NCBI RefSeq assembly: GCF_052099035.1
Contig: NZ_JBQDSX010000012.1
Location: 14,839 to 78,838 of the forward strand
Direction: 5' to 3'
Source: Microbacterium sp.
GTDB taxonomy: Bacteria; Actinomycetota; Actinomycetes; Actinomycetales; Microbacteriaceae
Length of the DNA stretch: 64,000 bases
Part shown: positions 31,252 to 40,637 of the stretch, piece by piece
Layout of the letters: every line of letters begins with the position of its first letter
Position numbering within the stretch: position 1 is the stretch's first letter
Program-made: the position numbers and the translations under genes
The notes under the pieces: model-generated
Databases searched by the model: none
Told to the model about the DNA's origin: nothing
Seen by the model: the letters and a program-made list of their open reading frames with translations, nothing else

Positions 31252-31758
31252 TCAGCGAACGAAGCGTACTTCGGTCAGCGTCTCGCCGAGGAAGGGTTCC
31301 GTGTGCGAATCGCCGTCGAGGGTGAAGCCGTTTCGCGCGTAGAACCGGTGCGCACGAGGGTTGTCCTCGGCGACCCAGAGGTAGAGCGGCTCGTCCTTCT
31401 CCACGGCGGCGTCGAACAGCTTCTGTCCGAGGCCGGTGGAGTGGTACTGGCTGAGCAGGTAGATGAAGTACAGCTCGCGGAAGGCCGGAGCATCCTTGTC
31501 GCGGGCGGGCCCCGAGCCGACGAAGCCGACGATCTCGCCGTCGACGAGCGCGGCGCTCATCTTGAAGTCATCACCCTGTGCGGCCCAGTTCGTCCACAGC
31601 TCGGCCATGCGGCGGGGCGACACGCGCTCGAGCGCAGCCTTGCTGATCAGGTGGTCATAGGTCTCGTGCCAGCACTGTGCATGTACGCGACCCAGCGCCT
31701 CCGCATCCACATCGCGAACCGGACGGACGATGACTTCAGACAGGGCTTCGGCGCTCAT
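31252..31758 (-). CDS. GNAT-family N-acetyltransferase
   Basis: GLGQKL and LWVAEDNPRAHRFYARNGF motifs. Confidence 0.88.
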   Translation of the reverse strand: MSAEALSEVIVRPVRDVDAEALGRVHAQCWHETYDHLISKAALERVSPRRMAELWTNWAAQGDDFKMSAALVDGEIVGFVGSGPARDKDAPAFRELYFIYLLSQYHSTGLGQKLFDAAVEKDEPLYLWVAEDNPRAHRFYARNGFTLDGDSHTEPFLGETLTEVRFVR

Positions 31759-31866
31759 GCCGTGACTCTACGCGCGCCCTGCATGATCGGGAAATCGAGC
31801 ACGACACATGTCACTTTCCTACAACCCGCTCCGCGGATCGTGCGCCGATGGCTACGATCGAATCTC

Positions 31867-32427
31867 GTGAACGTGATCTGGCGAACCCTGTTTGTGATGT
31901 GGCGCGCGCGCCGTCGGCTGCGTAGCGGTGGGCGACTGACGTCGACCGATATCAGCCGCATCCGGGTGACGACGCTGCCGACGGATCTTGACGTCCTGCG
32001 TCACATGAACAACGGCCGCTACCTGTCGCTGTTCGACCTCGGACGCTGGGATCTGCTCACGCGCACGGGCATGGCCGATGTGATGAAGGACAACAACTGG
32101 TACGCGGTGGTGTCCTCCGAGACGGTGACATTCCGCAAGTCGCTGCAGCTGTGGCAGCGCTTCGATATCGAGTCGCGCATGCTCGGTCACGACGACAAGG
32201 CCATCTACCTCGAGCACCGCGCCGTCGTCGACGGCGAGATCTACGCTCGTGTGATCGTTCGGGCCCGCATGCTCAAGCGTGCAGGAGGCACGCTCTCGCA
32301 TGAGGAACTGTTCGCTGCCATCGGCGGCCGGCCCGAAGAGCTGCCGGACGTCGTCCCCTGGATTCACGAGTGGGCGGACGCCTCATCTCTTCCCTCCACG
32401 AAGGCGGACGCCCCCAGCACCTGGTAA
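31867..32427 (+). CDS. acyl-CoA thioesterase (4HBT-like hotdog fold)
   Basis: PTDLDVLRHMNNGRYLSLFDLGR; GTG start at 31867. Confidence 0.85.
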   Translation: MNVIWRTLFVMWRARRRLRSGGRLTSTDISRIRVTTLPTDLDVLRHMNNGRYLSLFDLGRWDLLTRTGMADVMKDNNWYAVVSSETVTFRKSLQLWQRFDIESRMLGHDDKAIYLEHRAVVDGEIYARVIVRARMLKRAGGTLSHEELFAAIGGRPEELPDVVPWIHEWADASSLPSTKADAPSTW

Positions 32428-32490
32428 GGACACGGGCACTGTTCGGCAGTGTCACGCGGATAAGCGGGCAGTCGAACCTAGGCTGATCTC

Positions 32491-35400
32491 ATGTCAGTGT
32501 CGCCCGCGAGTAACGCATCACTCTCCGACCGTGCGGTCGAGCTCGCTCAGCGCTGGATCGTCGAAGCATCCGATGCCGAAGTCGATCCCGCCGCCGCCCG
32601 CCTCGCCGATGTCCTGCAGGACAAGAACGGTCTGCCGTTCACACTCGGTTTCGTCGATGGCGTGATGCGCCCCGAGAGTCTGTCTGCCGCGGCATCCGGG
32701 CTGCATCGAATCGCTCCGATCGTGCCCGAGTTCCTGCCCTGGTACCTGCGCGGTGCGGTGCGGCTCGGTGGCGGACTCGCTCCGGTGCTGCCCTCTCCCG
32801 TCGTACCGATCGCGCGGCGCGTGCTGCGCGAAATGGTCGGGCACCTCGTCGTCGATGCACGCCCGGCCAAGCTCGGTGCCGCGATCGAGAAGCTCCGCAC
32901 CACCGGGAACGCGCGGCTGAATCTCAACCTGCTCGGTGAAGCCGTGCTCGGCGAGGATGAAGCGAAGCGGCGGCTCGACGGCATCCACGATCTCATCCGC
33001 CGCGACGATGTCGATTACGTGTCGGTGAAGGTCTCGTCCGTGATGAGCCACCTGTCGATGTGGGCGTTCGATGAGGTCGTCGATGCTGTCGTCACGCGGC
33101 TGACGCCCCTGTACATCACCGCAGCCCGGACCGGCACGTTCATCAATCTCGACATGGAGGAGTACCGCGATCTCGACCTGACGATCGCGGTGTTCACGCG
33201 CATCCTCGAGGACCCGCGCCTCCCGCTGCTGGAGGCCGGTATCGTCCTGCAGGCGTACCTGCCCGATTCGCTCGGCGCGATGCGCGAGCTGACCGCGTGG
33301 GCGAAGGGTCGCGTCGAGCACGGGGGAGCGGCGATCAAGGTGCGGCTCGTCAAGGGCGCGAACCTGCCGATGGAACGGGTGGATGCTGCGATGCACGGGT
33401 GGCCGCAGGCCACCTATGAGACCAAGCTCGACACGGACGCGAACTACCTCCGGGTGCTCGATGAGGCGATGCGTCCGGAGAACATCACCGCCGTCCGCAT
33501 CGGTGTCGCCGGGCACAACCTGTTCGGCATCGCGTACGCCTGGCTGCTCGCCGGCGAGCGCGACGTCCGGGACGGTGTGGAGTTCGAGATGCTCCTCGGG
33601 ATGGCGCAGGGACAGGTGCAGGCGGTCTCTCGTGAGGTCGGTCCGGTGCTGTTGTACGTTCCGGTCGTCAAGCCCGCAGAATTCGATGTCGCCATCAGCT
33701 ACCTCGTGCGCCGACTCGAGGAGAACGCCGAGCACGACAACTTCCTCTCCGCCGCATTCCACCTGCACGATGATGCGTCGCTGCTCGCCCGAGAGCGCGA
33801 CCGATTCCTGCGCGCGCTCGAGCGCTCGAGCGACCCGACCCTGCGCGCCGTGCCGTTTCGCCTGCAGAATCGGCAGACCCCGGTGCACGAATCACTGCGT
33901 CCGACGACGCAGGCCGAGGTCGACCCCGCAGACCTCACCCAGGCCGTGCTCGGAATCGCACGCGGCTCCAGCCGCGGATCCGGCAGCGACTTCGACGGCA
34001 AGTTCGGCAGCGGCTCGGCCAGCGACGATGCGTTCGTGGAGACCGCCGTCTACTCTCGGCACGAGGTCGATACGGATTCGGCCGGAGCGCCCGGCTTCTC
34101 CAATACCGCTGACAGCGACCCTGCCCTGCCGGCGAACCGTGAGTGGGCGCACAGCATCCGGGCCCGCATCGCAGAATCGACCGCCGGAGATGACGCCCTC
34201 CGCGCCGCGCGCGTCGATGATGCGACTCTGCTGGATGAGATCATCGACCGGGTCGTATCGACCGCCCCCACCTGGGGCGCCCGTCCTGCGGCCGAGCGCG
34301 CCGAAGTGCTGCTGCGTGCCGCCGCCGCCCTCGAATCGCGCCGCGCCGAGCTGATCGAGGTCGCGGCATCGGAGACCGGCAAGGTGCTCGCCGAAGCCGA
34401 CATCGAAGTCAGCGAGGCTGTCGACTTCGCGCGCTACTACGGAGCCAAGGCGCGCGAGCTGGATGCTGTGACCGGAGCCGCCTTCGAACCGGCCCGGCTC
34501 ACGGTCGTCGCACCCCCGTGGAACTTTCCGCTGGCGATTCCGGCCGGCGGAGTGCTCGCCGCGCTCGCCGCGGGCTCGGGCGTCATCTTCAAGCCTGCGC
34601 CGCAGGCTCGCCGCTGCGCGGCAGTCATCGCGGAGGCGCTGTGGGAAGCCGGCATCCCGCGCGATGTGCTCGCGCTCGTCGACATCGAGGAGGGCGATCT
34701 CGGCCAGCACCTGATCGCGCACGAGCAGGTGGATCGTGTCATCCTCACCGGTTCGTGGGACACCGCGGCCCTGTTCCGCTCGTGGCGCCCGGACCTGCCT
34801 CTGCTCGCCGAGACCAGCGGCAAGAACGCGATCGTCATCACGCCCTCGGCCGACCTCGACCTCGCCGTCGCCGACCTCGTCAAGAGCGCGTTCGGGCATG
34901 CCGGACAGAAGTGCTCGGCCGCCTCGCTGGCGATCCTCGTCGGCCCGATCGGGCGTTCCAAGCGCTTCGCGCGTCAGTTGGTGGATGCTGTGCGGTCGCT
35001 GCGCGTCGACTGGCCGACGGAGGCGCTCGCCGACCTCGGACCCGTGATCGAGAAGCCGCAGGGCAAGCTCGCCTGGGTGCTGAGCGAACTCGAGGGGGAC
35101 GAGCGTTGGGTGATCAAGCCATCACCGGTCGCCGGCGATGAGACCGGGCGGCTGTGGCATCCCGGTGTGCGCATCGGTGTCCAGTCGGGGTCGCGCTTCC
35201 ACATGGAGGAGTTCTTCGGTCCGGTGCTCGGCATCATGCACGCATCGACCCTCGAGCACGCGATCGGTATGCAGAACGCCGTCGAGTACGGGCTCACTGC
35301 GGGGCTGCACACCCAGGATCCGGACGACCTCGCCGTCTGGCTCGATCGCGTCCAGGCGGGAAATCTCTACGTCAATCGCGGCATCACCGGTGCCATCGTG

Positions 35401-36177
35401 CAGCGTCAGCCCTTCGGCGGCTGGAAGAGGTCATCCGTCGGACCCGGCACGAAGGCGGGTGGTCCGAACTACCTCATCGGGCTCGGCAGGTGGCGCTCGC
35501 GCGGCAGCGGTGCAGCATCGAGCACACTGCACCTGCGCGGGCTCGATTCGCGCATCACCGACCTCATCGAATCGGCGCAGCCGTCCCTCGACTTCGAGAG
35601 CTTCGAATGGCTGCGCAGGGCGGCGCTGTCGGATGCCGTCGCCTGGGACCGCGAATTCGGGCAGGTGCGGGACGTCTCTCAGCTCGGCATCGAGCGGAAC
35701 CTCTTCCGATATCGTCCTCTGCCGGTGATGATCCGGGCGGTCGGGGATGCCGGGTGGCACGAGCTGCTGCGCGTCGTGATCGCCGGCATCCGCACCGGTT
35801 CGAAATTCTTCCTCTCGACGCCCGTCGGCTTGCCCGCAGAGGTGCGCCGTGCGCTGTCCGAACTGCGCATCGGGATCGCGGTGGAGAGCGATGAGGAGTG
35901 GATCGATCGGATGAGCAGGAGCGGCGACGACGCGCTGCTCGCCGACGCTTCCCCCACCGCCCCGCGGGTGCGGCTGGTGGGGCCGGGGGATGCTGTCGCC
36001 GCTGTGCATCGCGCACTCGCCGATGCCGTGGAGGGTGACCCGGACCTCGCGGTCTACGACGGCGAGGTGACATCGGCCGGGCGCATCGAGCTGCTGACCT
36101 TCCTGCACGAGCAGGCGATCGCGATCACGGCGCACCGCTTCGGCAACCCCGACGACTGGAGCGCCGACATCATCTGA
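32491..36177 (+). CDS. putA: bifunctional proline dehydrogenase / P5C dehydrogenase
   Basis: LLGEAV, DMEE, RLVKGA, YLVRRLEEN; ALDH motifs PPWNFP, ETSGKN, GQKCSA, EFFGP and QPFGG. Confidence 0.9.
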   Translation: MSVSPASNASLSDRAVELAQRWIVEASDAEVDPAAARLADVLQDKNGLPFTLGFVDGVMRPESLSAAASGLHRIAPIVPEFLPWYLRGAVRLGGGLAPVLPSPVVPIARRVLREMVGHLVVDARPAKLGAAIEKLRTTGNARLNLNLLGEAVLGEDEAKRRLDGIHDLIRRDDVDYVSVKVSSVMSHLSMWAFDEVVDAVVTRLTPLYITAARTGTFINLDMEEYRDLDLTIAVFTRILEDPRLPLLEAGIVLQAYLPDSLGAMRELTAWAKGRVEHGGAAIKVRLVKGANLPMERVDAAMHGWPQATYETKLDTDANYLRVLDEAMRPENITAVRIGVAGHNLFGIAYAWLLAGERDVRDGVEFEMLLGMAQGQVQAVSREVGPVLLYVPVVKPAEFDVAISYLVRRLEENAEHDNFLSAAFHLHDDASLLARERDRFLRALERSSDPTLRAVPFRLQNRQTPVHESLRPTTQAEVDPADLTQAVLGIARGSSRGSGSDFDGKFGSGSASDDAFVETAVYSRHEVDTDSAGAPGFSNTADSDPALPANREWAHSIRARIAESTAGDDALRAARVDDATLLDEIIDRVVSTAPTWGARPAAERAEVLLRAAAALESRRAELIEVAASETGKVLAEADIEVSEAVDFARYYGAKARELDAVTGAAFEPARLTVVAPPWNFPLAIPAGGVLAALAAGSGVIFKPAPQARRCAAVIAEALWEAGIPRDVLALVDIEEGDLGQHLIAHEQVDRVILTGSWDTAALFRSWRPDLPLLAETSGKNAIVITPSADLDLAVADLVKSAFGHAGQKCSAASLAILVGPIGRSKRFARQLVDAVRSLRVDWPTEALADLGPVIEKPQGKLAWVLSELEGDERWVIKPSPVAGDETGRLWHPGVRIGVQSGSRFHMEEFFGPVLGIMHASTLEHAIGMQNAVEYGLTAGLHTQDPDDLAVWLDRVQAGNLYVNRGITGAIVQRQPFGGWKRSSVGPGTKAGGPNYLIGLGRWRSRGSGAASSTLHLRGLDSRITDLIESAQPSLDFESFEWLRRAALSDAVAWDREFGQVRDVSQLGIERNLFRYRPLPVMIRAVGDAGWHELLRVVIAGIRTGSKFFLSTPVGLPAEVRRALSELRIGIAVESDEEWIDRMSRSGDDALLADASPTAPRVRLVGPGDAVAAVHRALADAVEGDPDLAVYDGEVTSAGRIELLTFLHEQAIAITAHRFGNPDDWSADII

Positions 36178-36206
36178 GTGCCCCGGGCATCAGTAGGATT
36201 TCGGAC

Positions 36207-37961
36207 ATGGACTCGAGTGAGGGCGACGCGACCCCGGACTCCCGAAGATCACGCCGCGACTTCCTCCGGTTCGGGGGAATGGCGGCAGCCGGCGCCCTGG
36301 TGGGTGGCGGTGCGGGTGCCGCAGCCGGCTATGCGATCGGACAGCAGGAGGGCTTCGCGGAAGCCGCCGACGATTACGGCGCGCTCTCTCCGCGGCATGC
36401 TCCCGGGTTCGACCACATCGTCGTCGTGATGGGCGAGAATCGATCCTTCGACAACATCCTCGGCTATCTGTACACGAAAGAGAATCTCCCCGAGGGGCAA
36501 GACTTCGACGGCGTCGACTTCGGGGACTACACGAACACCGCATCTGACGGCACGACCGTCGCTGCGCACGTGTACAACGGGCCGACCGACCGCATCATGA
36601 CGTTCCCCGATCCGGATCCGGGCGAAGAGTACCCGCACGTCAACACGCAGATCTTCGGCACGATCGAGCCGCCCGGCAACTTCGGCATTCCGGTCGGTCA
36701 GATGCAGCATCCGTACAACATGCCGCAGCATGGCGAGCAGCCCACGATGGGTGGGTTCCTCGAGGACTACATCAGCAACTTCAGCCGGCTGAAGAAGGGC
36801 GAGCGCGCCACCGCAGAGCAGGCCAAGCACATCATGGGATCGTTCTCCCCGGAGATGCTGCCGACGCTGTCGACCCTGGCACGCGAGTTCGCCGTGTTCG
36901 ACAACTGGTTCTGCGCCGTGCCCTCGCAGACGTTCTGCAACCGGTCCTTCTTCCATGCCTCCACCTCGCACGGGTTCGTCACGAACAAGCAGGGCGGCGG
37001 GTACGACAAGTGGTTGGATGCCCCGAAGGCGCCGACGATCTTCAACAGGCTCGAAGATGCCGGCATCCCCTGGAAGATCTACTTCGACGAACTGCAGATG
37101 GTCTCCTTCACCGGTGTGCTGCACGCGCCGGTGCTGGAGAAGTTCTGGCGCACGGAGCACTTCGGGACGATGGACGACTTCTACGCCGACGTCGAGCACG
37201 GAGAGCTGCCGGCGTACGCGTTCATCGAACCGCGCATGATCTACAACCACAACGACTTCCACCCGCCGTTCGGGCGCCTGCACGAGAGCGATGTCGAAGG
37301 ATCCGATGTGATCAACAGCGCGTACTCCGATGTGCGCGCAGGCGATGAGCTCGTCCACGACATCTACTCGGCGATCCGCACGAGTGCGACCCCCGATGGG
37401 TCGAACGCCGTGAACACTCTGCTGCTGATCACCTTCGACGAGCACGGCGGAACCTATGACCACGTTCCGCCGCCGGATGCCACGCCTCCCGACCAGTCCG
37501 GAGCAGGGGAGATGGGGTTCGAATTCGACCGGCTCGGATGCCGCGTGCCGGCGATCGCCGTGTCGGCGTACACCCGCGCCGGCACGATCATCAACGACCA
37601 GATGCACCACGGCTCGGTGGTCTCGACCCTGAACCGGCTGCACGGCCTGAAACCGCTCACCCGCCGGGATGCTACGGCGAATGATCTGTTCGGCGTGATC
37701 AACCTGGAAAAGCCCCGGCATCCCTCCGACTGGCCGACGACGAGTCCGTCGTTCACTCCGGACAACCCGGAAGAGACACCGGCGCACCCCGCGCACGCGC
37801 ATGCGGATAAGCCGCTCACGCCGCCCGCGCGCGGGTTGCTGGGACTGCTGCTCGTGCGTGCTGGGCTGCCTGAGTCGCAGCAGCCGCAGACATTCATCGA
37901 GGCGTACAACCTGCTGCACGCCGAGGGTAAGGGGCTGTTCGGCGCACCGGACGAAGACTGA
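36207..37961 (+). CDS. Tat-exported phosphoesterase (phospholipase C / acid phosphatase family)
   Basis: SRRDFL Tat motif; HIVVVMGENRSFD, TFDEHGG.YDHVPPP and LG.RVP motifs. Confidence 0.88.
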   Translation: MDSSEGDATPDSRRSRRDFLRFGGMAAAGALVGGGAGAAAGYAIGQQEGFAEAADDYGALSPRHAPGFDHIVVVMGENRSFDNILGYLYTKENLPEGQDFDGVDFGDYTNTASDGTTVAAHVYNGPTDRIMTFPDPDPGEEYPHVNTQIFGTIEPPGNFGIPVGQMQHPYNMPQHGEQPTMGGFLEDYISNFSRLKKGERATAEQAKHIMGSFSPEMLPTLSTLAREFAVFDNWFCAVPSQTFCNRSFFHASTSHGFVTNKQGGGYDKWLDAPKAPTIFNRLEDAGIPWKIYFDELQMVSFTGVLHAPVLEKFWRTEHFGTMDDFYADVEHGELPAYAFIEPRMIYNHNDFHPPFGRLHESDVEGSDVINSAYSDVRAGDELVHDIYSAIRTSATPDGSNAVNTLLLITFDEHGGTYDHVPPPDATPPDQSGAGEMGFEFDRLGCRVPAIAVSAYTRAGTIINDQMHHGSVVSTLNRLHGLKPLTRRDATANDLFGVINLEKPRHPSDWPTTSPSFTPDNPEETPAHPAHAHADKPLTPPARGLLGLLLVRAGLPESQQPQTFIEAYNLLHAEGKGLFGAPDED

Positions 37962-37967
37962 TCTCAG

Positions 37968-38032
37968 TGTAAAAGATTCTTGACATGCCCGTGTCGGGCG
38001 CAGTACCTTCAGGGTGTCAAGAATCTTTTACA
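37968..38032 (+). promoter_or_regulatory. promoter (TTGACA 37980, TACCTT 38004) flanked by a perfect 18-bp inverted operator pair
   Basis: TGTAAAAGATTCTTGACA (37968-37985) is the exact reverse complement of TGTCAAGAATCTTTTACA (38015-38032). Confidence 0.85.
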
Positions 38033-38045
38033 TCCGGAGGTCGTC

Positions 38046-38480
38046 ATGGTCTATCACGAACGCGCGGCTTGGGCGGGGCTCATCGTCTCCGTCGTCACTA
38101 TGGGTGTGTACATCGCACTGGTGCTCTCGCGAGCCGCCGGTGGTGATCTCACCGCCGTCGACTGGTTCCCGCTCATGCTGTGGACGATCGGCGGCGGCAT
38201 CGTGCTCACCATCCTCATCACGATCTTCTGGGGGATCGCCGTCGGTATCCGTGATCGGGATTCGGCGACGACGTCGGACATGCGCGACACGGACATCAGT
38301 CGCCTGGGGGGCCGCGTCGAGTCCGCGTTCCTCACGATCGCCGGGCTCGGAGTGATCCTGCTCTGCGCAGTGGGGGCGGATGTGTTCTGGATCGCGAACA
38401 CGATGTTTTTCGGCTTCGCCGTGGCCGCGTTCATCGGCGGCATCGCCCGCGTCATCGCGTACCGCCGGGGCCTTGTCTGA
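38046..38480 (+). CDS. 4-TM membrane protein (DUF2178-like)
   Basis: Hydrophobic helices with a D.RD..I loop; GGAGG RBS; coupled to the XRE gene. Confidence 0.75.
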   Translation: MVYHERAAWAGLIVSVVTMGVYIALVLSRAAGGDLTAVDWFPLMLWTIGGGIVLTILITIFWGIAVGIRDRDSATTSDMRDTDISRLGGRVESAFLTIAGLGVILLCAVGADVFWIANTMFFGFAVAAFIGGIARVIAYRRGLV

Positions 38481-38707
38481 TGGTCAAGCCCACCCTTGTC
38501 ACCAACAGCATCCGCACGCGCCGCGAAGAGGCCGGCGTCACGCAGGCCGATCTCGCGCGACAGATCGGCGTGACCCGCCAGACGCTCATCGCTATCGAGC
38601 AGGGAAAGTACTCGCCCACGCTCGAGCTCGCCTTCCAGATCGCCCGTGCGTTCGAGGTCGGCATCGACGATCTCTTCCAGTACCCGTCTCACACCTCGGA
38701 GGATTGA
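38480..38707 (+). CDS. XRE/Cro-C1 HTH transcriptional regulator
   Basis: TQADLA..IGVTRQT.IAIEQGKYSPTLELAF. Confidence 0.92.
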   Translation: MVKPTLVTNSIRTRREEAGVTQADLARQIGVTRQTLIAIEQGKYSPTLELAFQIARAFEVGIDDLFQYPSHTSED

Positions 38708-38708
38708 T

Positions 38709-39728
38709 ATGGACACCACGACCCTTCGACAGGCTCAGGGGCCGACCACCACCATGCCCGCATGGGTGAACGACGAGTACGGGGCAGCCAGCGGCATGCG
38801 GCAGGAAGTCGTGCCGACGCCCTCACCCGGACCGGGCGAAGTACTGCTGCGCGTGCGCGCGACGGCTCTCAACGCAGCCGATGTGCGGGTCATGCTCGGC
38901 GATCCCGTACTGGTGCGACCGATGTTCGGTATACGGCGGCCCCGGCAGCCGATCCGCGGCATGGATGTCGCCGGTACCGTCGTCGCCGTCGGACCCGACG
39001 TCGATCAGGGTCGCATCGGTGACGAGGCGGTGGTCGAGTTGGATGCCGGTGGTGGTCTCGCACCGTTCGCAGTCGCCCGCGTCGATCGGCTGGCCACACG
39101 TCCCGCCGGGGTGACACCCGAGGTTGCGGCGACGCTGCCGATCTCCGGCGGCACGGCCGTGCAGGCACTTGACGTGGCCGGCGTCCATGAGGGCCACCGT
39201 GTTCTCGTCATCGGGGCATCCGGAGGAGTGGGCACTTTCACTGTGCAGCTTGCCGCTCTTCGGGGTGCCGAGGTGTGGGCGACGTGCGGTGAGGCGAACC
39301 GTGCCCTCGTCGAATCGCTCGGCGCCACGCGCACCTTCGACTATCGGACCACCGAAGTGTCGAGCATTCCGGCATCCTTCGACGCGATCATCGACATTGC
39401 CGGTGGCACTTCGCTGAGACGTCTGAAGCGACTGCTGTCGCCGGCCGGCGTCGTCGCGATGGTCGGCGGCGGGGGCGGCCGGTTTCTCGGGCCGATCCCG
39501 CGGATGCTGCGCGCGATCTTCCTGTCGATCGGCTCGCGCCGTCGCATCCGCATGGTCATGGCGATGCCCAAGCGTGAGGTCAACGAGCAGCTCGTCGCGC
39601 TCGTCGCCGAAGAGCGGGTCGCGCCGGTCATCGAGCAGGTGCTGCCGTGGGATGCCGCGGTCACGGGCCTCACGCGGCTGGAGTCCGGTCGCACCGTCGG
39701 CAAGGTCGTCGTGCTCGGGCGAGAGTGA
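38709..39728 (+). CDS. MDR-family NAD(P)-dependent oxidoreductase (zinc-free, quinone reductase-like)
   Basis: ATALNAAD, GMDVAG, GASGGVG and GKVVV motifs. Confidence 0.88.
   Translation: MDTTTLRQAQGPTTTMPAWVNDEYGAASGMRQEVVPTPSPGPGEVLLRVRATALNAADVRVMLGDPVLVRPMFGIRRPRQPIRGMDVAGTVVAVGPDVDQGRIGDEAVVELDAGGGLAPFAVARVDRLATRPAGVTPEVAATLPISGGTAVQALDVAGVHEGHRVLVIGASGGVGTFTVQLAALRGAEVWATCGEANRALVESLGATRTFDYRTTEVSSIPASFDAIIDIAGGTSLRRLKRLLSPAGVVAMVGGGGGRFLGPIPRMLRAIFLSIGSRRRIRMVMAMPKREVNEQLVALVAEERVAPVIEQVLPWDAAVTGLTRLESGRTVGKVVVLGRE
38722..38740 (+). repeat. Family B REP in frame at CDS N-terminus (TLRQAQG)
   Basis: CCCTTCGACAGGCTCAGGG. Confidence 0.8.
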
Positions 39729-39747
39729 GCGGCATCGATATGCACAT

Positions 39748-39769
39748 ACCTGCACATGCATGTGCAGGT
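39748..39769. promoter_or_regulatory. perfect 22-bp palindrome, probable vapBC operator
   Basis: ACCTGCACATGCATGTGCAGGT just upstream of TACCAT (-10) and ATG 39787. Confidence 0.75.
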
Positions 39770-39786
39770 CGGCGTACCATGGACGT

Positions 39787-40062
39787 ATGGCTACTTTGGA
39801 GAAGCGGGTTCAGGTGCTGTTCTCGGCCGAGCAGTATGCGCGGCTGGAGGCGGAGGCGACGGCGGAGCGTCTGAGCGTTGGAGCATACGTCCGGCAGGCT
39901 GTTGATGGGTGGATGGACCGCAAGCGATCAGACGCTTTGGCAGCGCTCGATCGACTGTTCGAGCGTGCTGATCAGCACGACGAACCCGCGATGACACCGA
40001 AGGAATGGGCGCTCCACAAGGAGGATCTGCTGGATCGACCTTCCCTGCGGGAGATCCCGTGA
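39787..40062 (+). CDS. ribbon-helix-helix antitoxin (VapB-like)
   Basis: KRVQVLF..EQYARL..EA...LSVGAYVRQAVD RHH pattern; GTGA overlap with the PIN gene. Confidence 0.8.
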   Translation: MATLEKRVQVLFSAEQYARLEAEATAERLSVGAYVRQAVDGWMDRKRSDALAALDRLFERADQHDEPAMTPKEWALHKEDLLDRPSLREIP

Positions 40063-40493
40063 CGGATCGGATCATTCCGATGAGCGAACGAGCGGTGCTC
40101 ATCGATTCGACAGTGGTGCTTCATGCGCTGGGACGGTCCGAGCCGCATCGCGACAAGGCGCGTTCTTTTCTTCGTAGCGTGTGGAGCGGGAGCGGTCGCG
40201 CCTACGCCAGCACGGAGATGATTCAGGAAGTCGTGTTTCATCGAATGCGCAGGGCAGATCGCCATCAGGCCGTGGCGGAAGCTCGCGAGATGAGTCGATC
40301 CTTCATACTTCTGAACTTCGATCACGAGGTTTTGGAGACAGCGCTCTCGCTCATCGAGGCGACGCATGTCCGTGGCCGCGACGCCGTTCATGTGGCAACG
40401 GCGCTGGCGTACGGCATCGAAACGATCGCATCCTCGGATCCCGCGTTCGACGGCATCCCCGGCATCCGCCGACTCGATCCGCTCACACTCTGA
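40059..40493 (+). CDS. vapC: PIN-domain toxin (alternative start at 40080)
   Basis: LIDST, E..QE, RDAVHVATA and SSDPAFD acidic active-site residues. Confidence 0.88.
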   Translation: MTDRIIPMSERAVLIDSTVVLHALGRSEPHRDKARSFLRSVWSGSGRAYASTEMIQEVVFHRMRRADRHQAVAEAREMSRSFILLNFDHEVLETALSLIEATHVRGRDAVHVATALAYGIETIASSDPAFDGIPGIRRLDPLTL

Positions 40494-40637
40494 CCGCAGG
40501 GTGGCGAACTTCCAGGACCGGATGTCAGAATAAGACCGGCGTGCTCGCAGCGCATCTTCCCCTTCCGCTCCCCTGAGCGGCGGGTCGAACTTCCGCCGGG
40601 CCCCTGGACAGCGTCCGCCGCGTCCCTCCCAAGGAGC

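Noticed and set aside
40494-40637. Possible guanidine-III riboswitch upstream of ddaH (GTCAGAATAAGACCGGCG resembles its 3' part)
   Set aside because: The upstream complementary strand and conserved loop needed for the pseudoknot are missing; CAGAAT is better explained as a -10 element
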